From the human T2T-CHM13v2.0 reference genome, Homo sapiens, in contig CP086569.2 of assembly GCA_009914755.4 (NCBI GenBank), positions 14,400,001 through 14,464,000 on the forward strand: a stretch of 64,000 bases of DNA, in the 5' to 3' direction. Position 1 is the stretch's first letter. The number at the start of each line of letters is the position of its first letter. This document shows, one piece after another, positions 62,573 through 64,000 of the stretch. Under the pieces are notes generated by a model. The model was not told where the DNA came from. It was given only the letters and a program-made list of their open reading frames with translations, and searched no databases. Both the position numbers and the translations under genes were made by a program.

Positions 62573-62954
62573 TGTCAAAAGGAAGTTGCTGAAACAGGTT
62601 CTGTCTAAAGATCTTTCCAGTTTTTCTCACTCTCAAGTTTAAGCTTTGAAGCATGTAAATAATATTCTCCTCTCTGCCCCAACTGAGGAGGTCTCAAGAA
62701 GTCAACAAGGCTCTGCTCAATGTTTTAGCTGAAATAGAGTACAGGTTCTCAAAATCTAAAGCTCAGCTCTGTAAAACAAACATAAAGTACCTAGATTTAG
62801 TCTTATCAGGAGGGATGAAAACACCAGATGAAGAAAAGATTAAGCCCATTTCTTTTAACAGTTAATGGGATTCTTGGGCATTACTGAATTTTGCAGACTG
62901 TGGGTACCTGGTGCAATGAAATAGCTGATCCTTTATACTACCTCATAAAACAAA

Positions 62955-63068
62955 CTCATTCTCTAATATGGGAACCTAAAACACAAAAACTCAGCTAGAA
63001 CTCACTCTCTAACAGCAGCTAGAACTCACTTTCTAACATGGGAACCTAAAACACGAAAACCGTAAACC
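62955..63068 (+). repeat. Local tandem duplication (~2 x 55-70 bp) within the ERV internal region
   Basis: ctctaatatgggaacctaaaacacaaaaactcagctagaactcactctctaacagcag followed by ctagaactcactttctaacatgggaacctaaaacacgaaaaccgtaaaccagctaaagctag. The motifs ctaaYatgggaacctaaaacacRaaaac and gctagaactcactYtctaaca each occur twice. Confidence 0.5.
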
Positions 63069-64000
63069 AGCTAAAGCTAGCCTTACTTAAAACACCAGCC
63101 CTCAGTCTTTCCATAGGGAAGGTATTTAATCATTATGTAACAGAAAGGAAGAAAATAGCCTTTGGAGTTTTGGCTAAGGCTTGAGGTCCAGCTCTACAGC
63201 CAGGATTAACCATGGGGAACAAGTGAACTGTTTGCACCCCGTACAGTAGTAGGACTGCTGTTCTCTAAGGGAGGTCTCTGATTAACAATCACCTCCTCAA
63301 ATATCAAGCTCTGCTGCTAGAGGGATCTGAAGTCCAGTAAAACAAACTGCTTTTGCCTAAACCCAGCCACCTTCTCCCAGAGGGAAGTGGAGAGCCTGAA
63401 CATAATTGTGAACAGGTAGTAGTATAAACCAGTAAAAGAAATGATAAAAATCAGTTTATCTTCTATGTAAAATTTTAATTAATAAAAAATGATTTTCTTA
63501 AAGTGTACTCAGCTTAATTAAAAGGGGATATCTAAGCTATAGTTATATTTAAAAGGCTTTTACAGTTTTCTCTTCAAATATCTTGTTTCTGGAAGAGGTT
63601 TTTTTCCCTCAGTCAACAGAATTACTTTTCTCCTCTGTGTCTTGCCACTCTAGTAAATGCATGAAAGACCCTGTAATGACTTCTGGTGGCCTGGGACTCT
63701 TCAGGAAAACAGACAAGGCACCACATATCCCACTTTGGGAGAAATCTCTGTTTTCCTCATGGAGCCCCTGTAATTAGGGGTGAATAGGACCCTCTCAAAA
63801 TCTGTGTTGGTCTTCCATCTATGCTTGTTTATTAGGCCTTGGAAATTGTATTCCTAGCCCTGTTCTTAAAGGGCCTCACCAGGAGGCCAATAATCCAACT
63901 GGGAAATTAGCAAATGAAAGATATAACTATAGGGTCTTCCTCTGTGTGTCTGTGTGGTTATACATGCGTTACGTGTGTGATGTCTATTTAAAAAAGGAGC

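Overview
This window reads as primate (almost certainly human or great-ape) nuclear DNA from an AT-rich, gene-poor region built almost entirely from nested retrotransposons. It is not a prokaryotic or otherwise exotic locus, and I cannot support any novel biological system here. By eye roughly two thirds of the window is LINE-1. There are three essentially full-length L1PA-type elements: one on the plus strand at 30708-36809 and two on the minus strand at 21126-27120 and 37523-43969. They are inserted into at least four older L1 copies (L1M/L1PB/L1MA-like), parts of which are visible on both sides of the nested insertions. There are about 20 Alu SINEs, several with clear target-site duplications. 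An MST/MLT1-like MaLR element with both LTRs lies at about 3890-6400. THE1/MST-type solo LTRs lie at 44596-44975 and 45265-45550. Two unclassified LTRs are also present. From about 57960 to the window end there is the 5' portion of a class I endogenous retrovirus (HERV-9/HERV-W group), with an LTR12-like LTR and a decayed gag. Two long compound (TA)n(CA)n microsatellites sit at 6953-7056 and 52853-53052. I found no credible host protein-coding exon, no tRNA or rRNA gene, no CRISPR array and no CpG island. Every long ORF in the supplied track is explained by L1 ORF1/ORF2 remnants, ERV gag remnants, Alu sequence or simple repeats. Family names come from recalled consensus motifs and are less certain than the class-level calls; coordinates are approximate to within about 10-30 bp unless a TSD fixes them.
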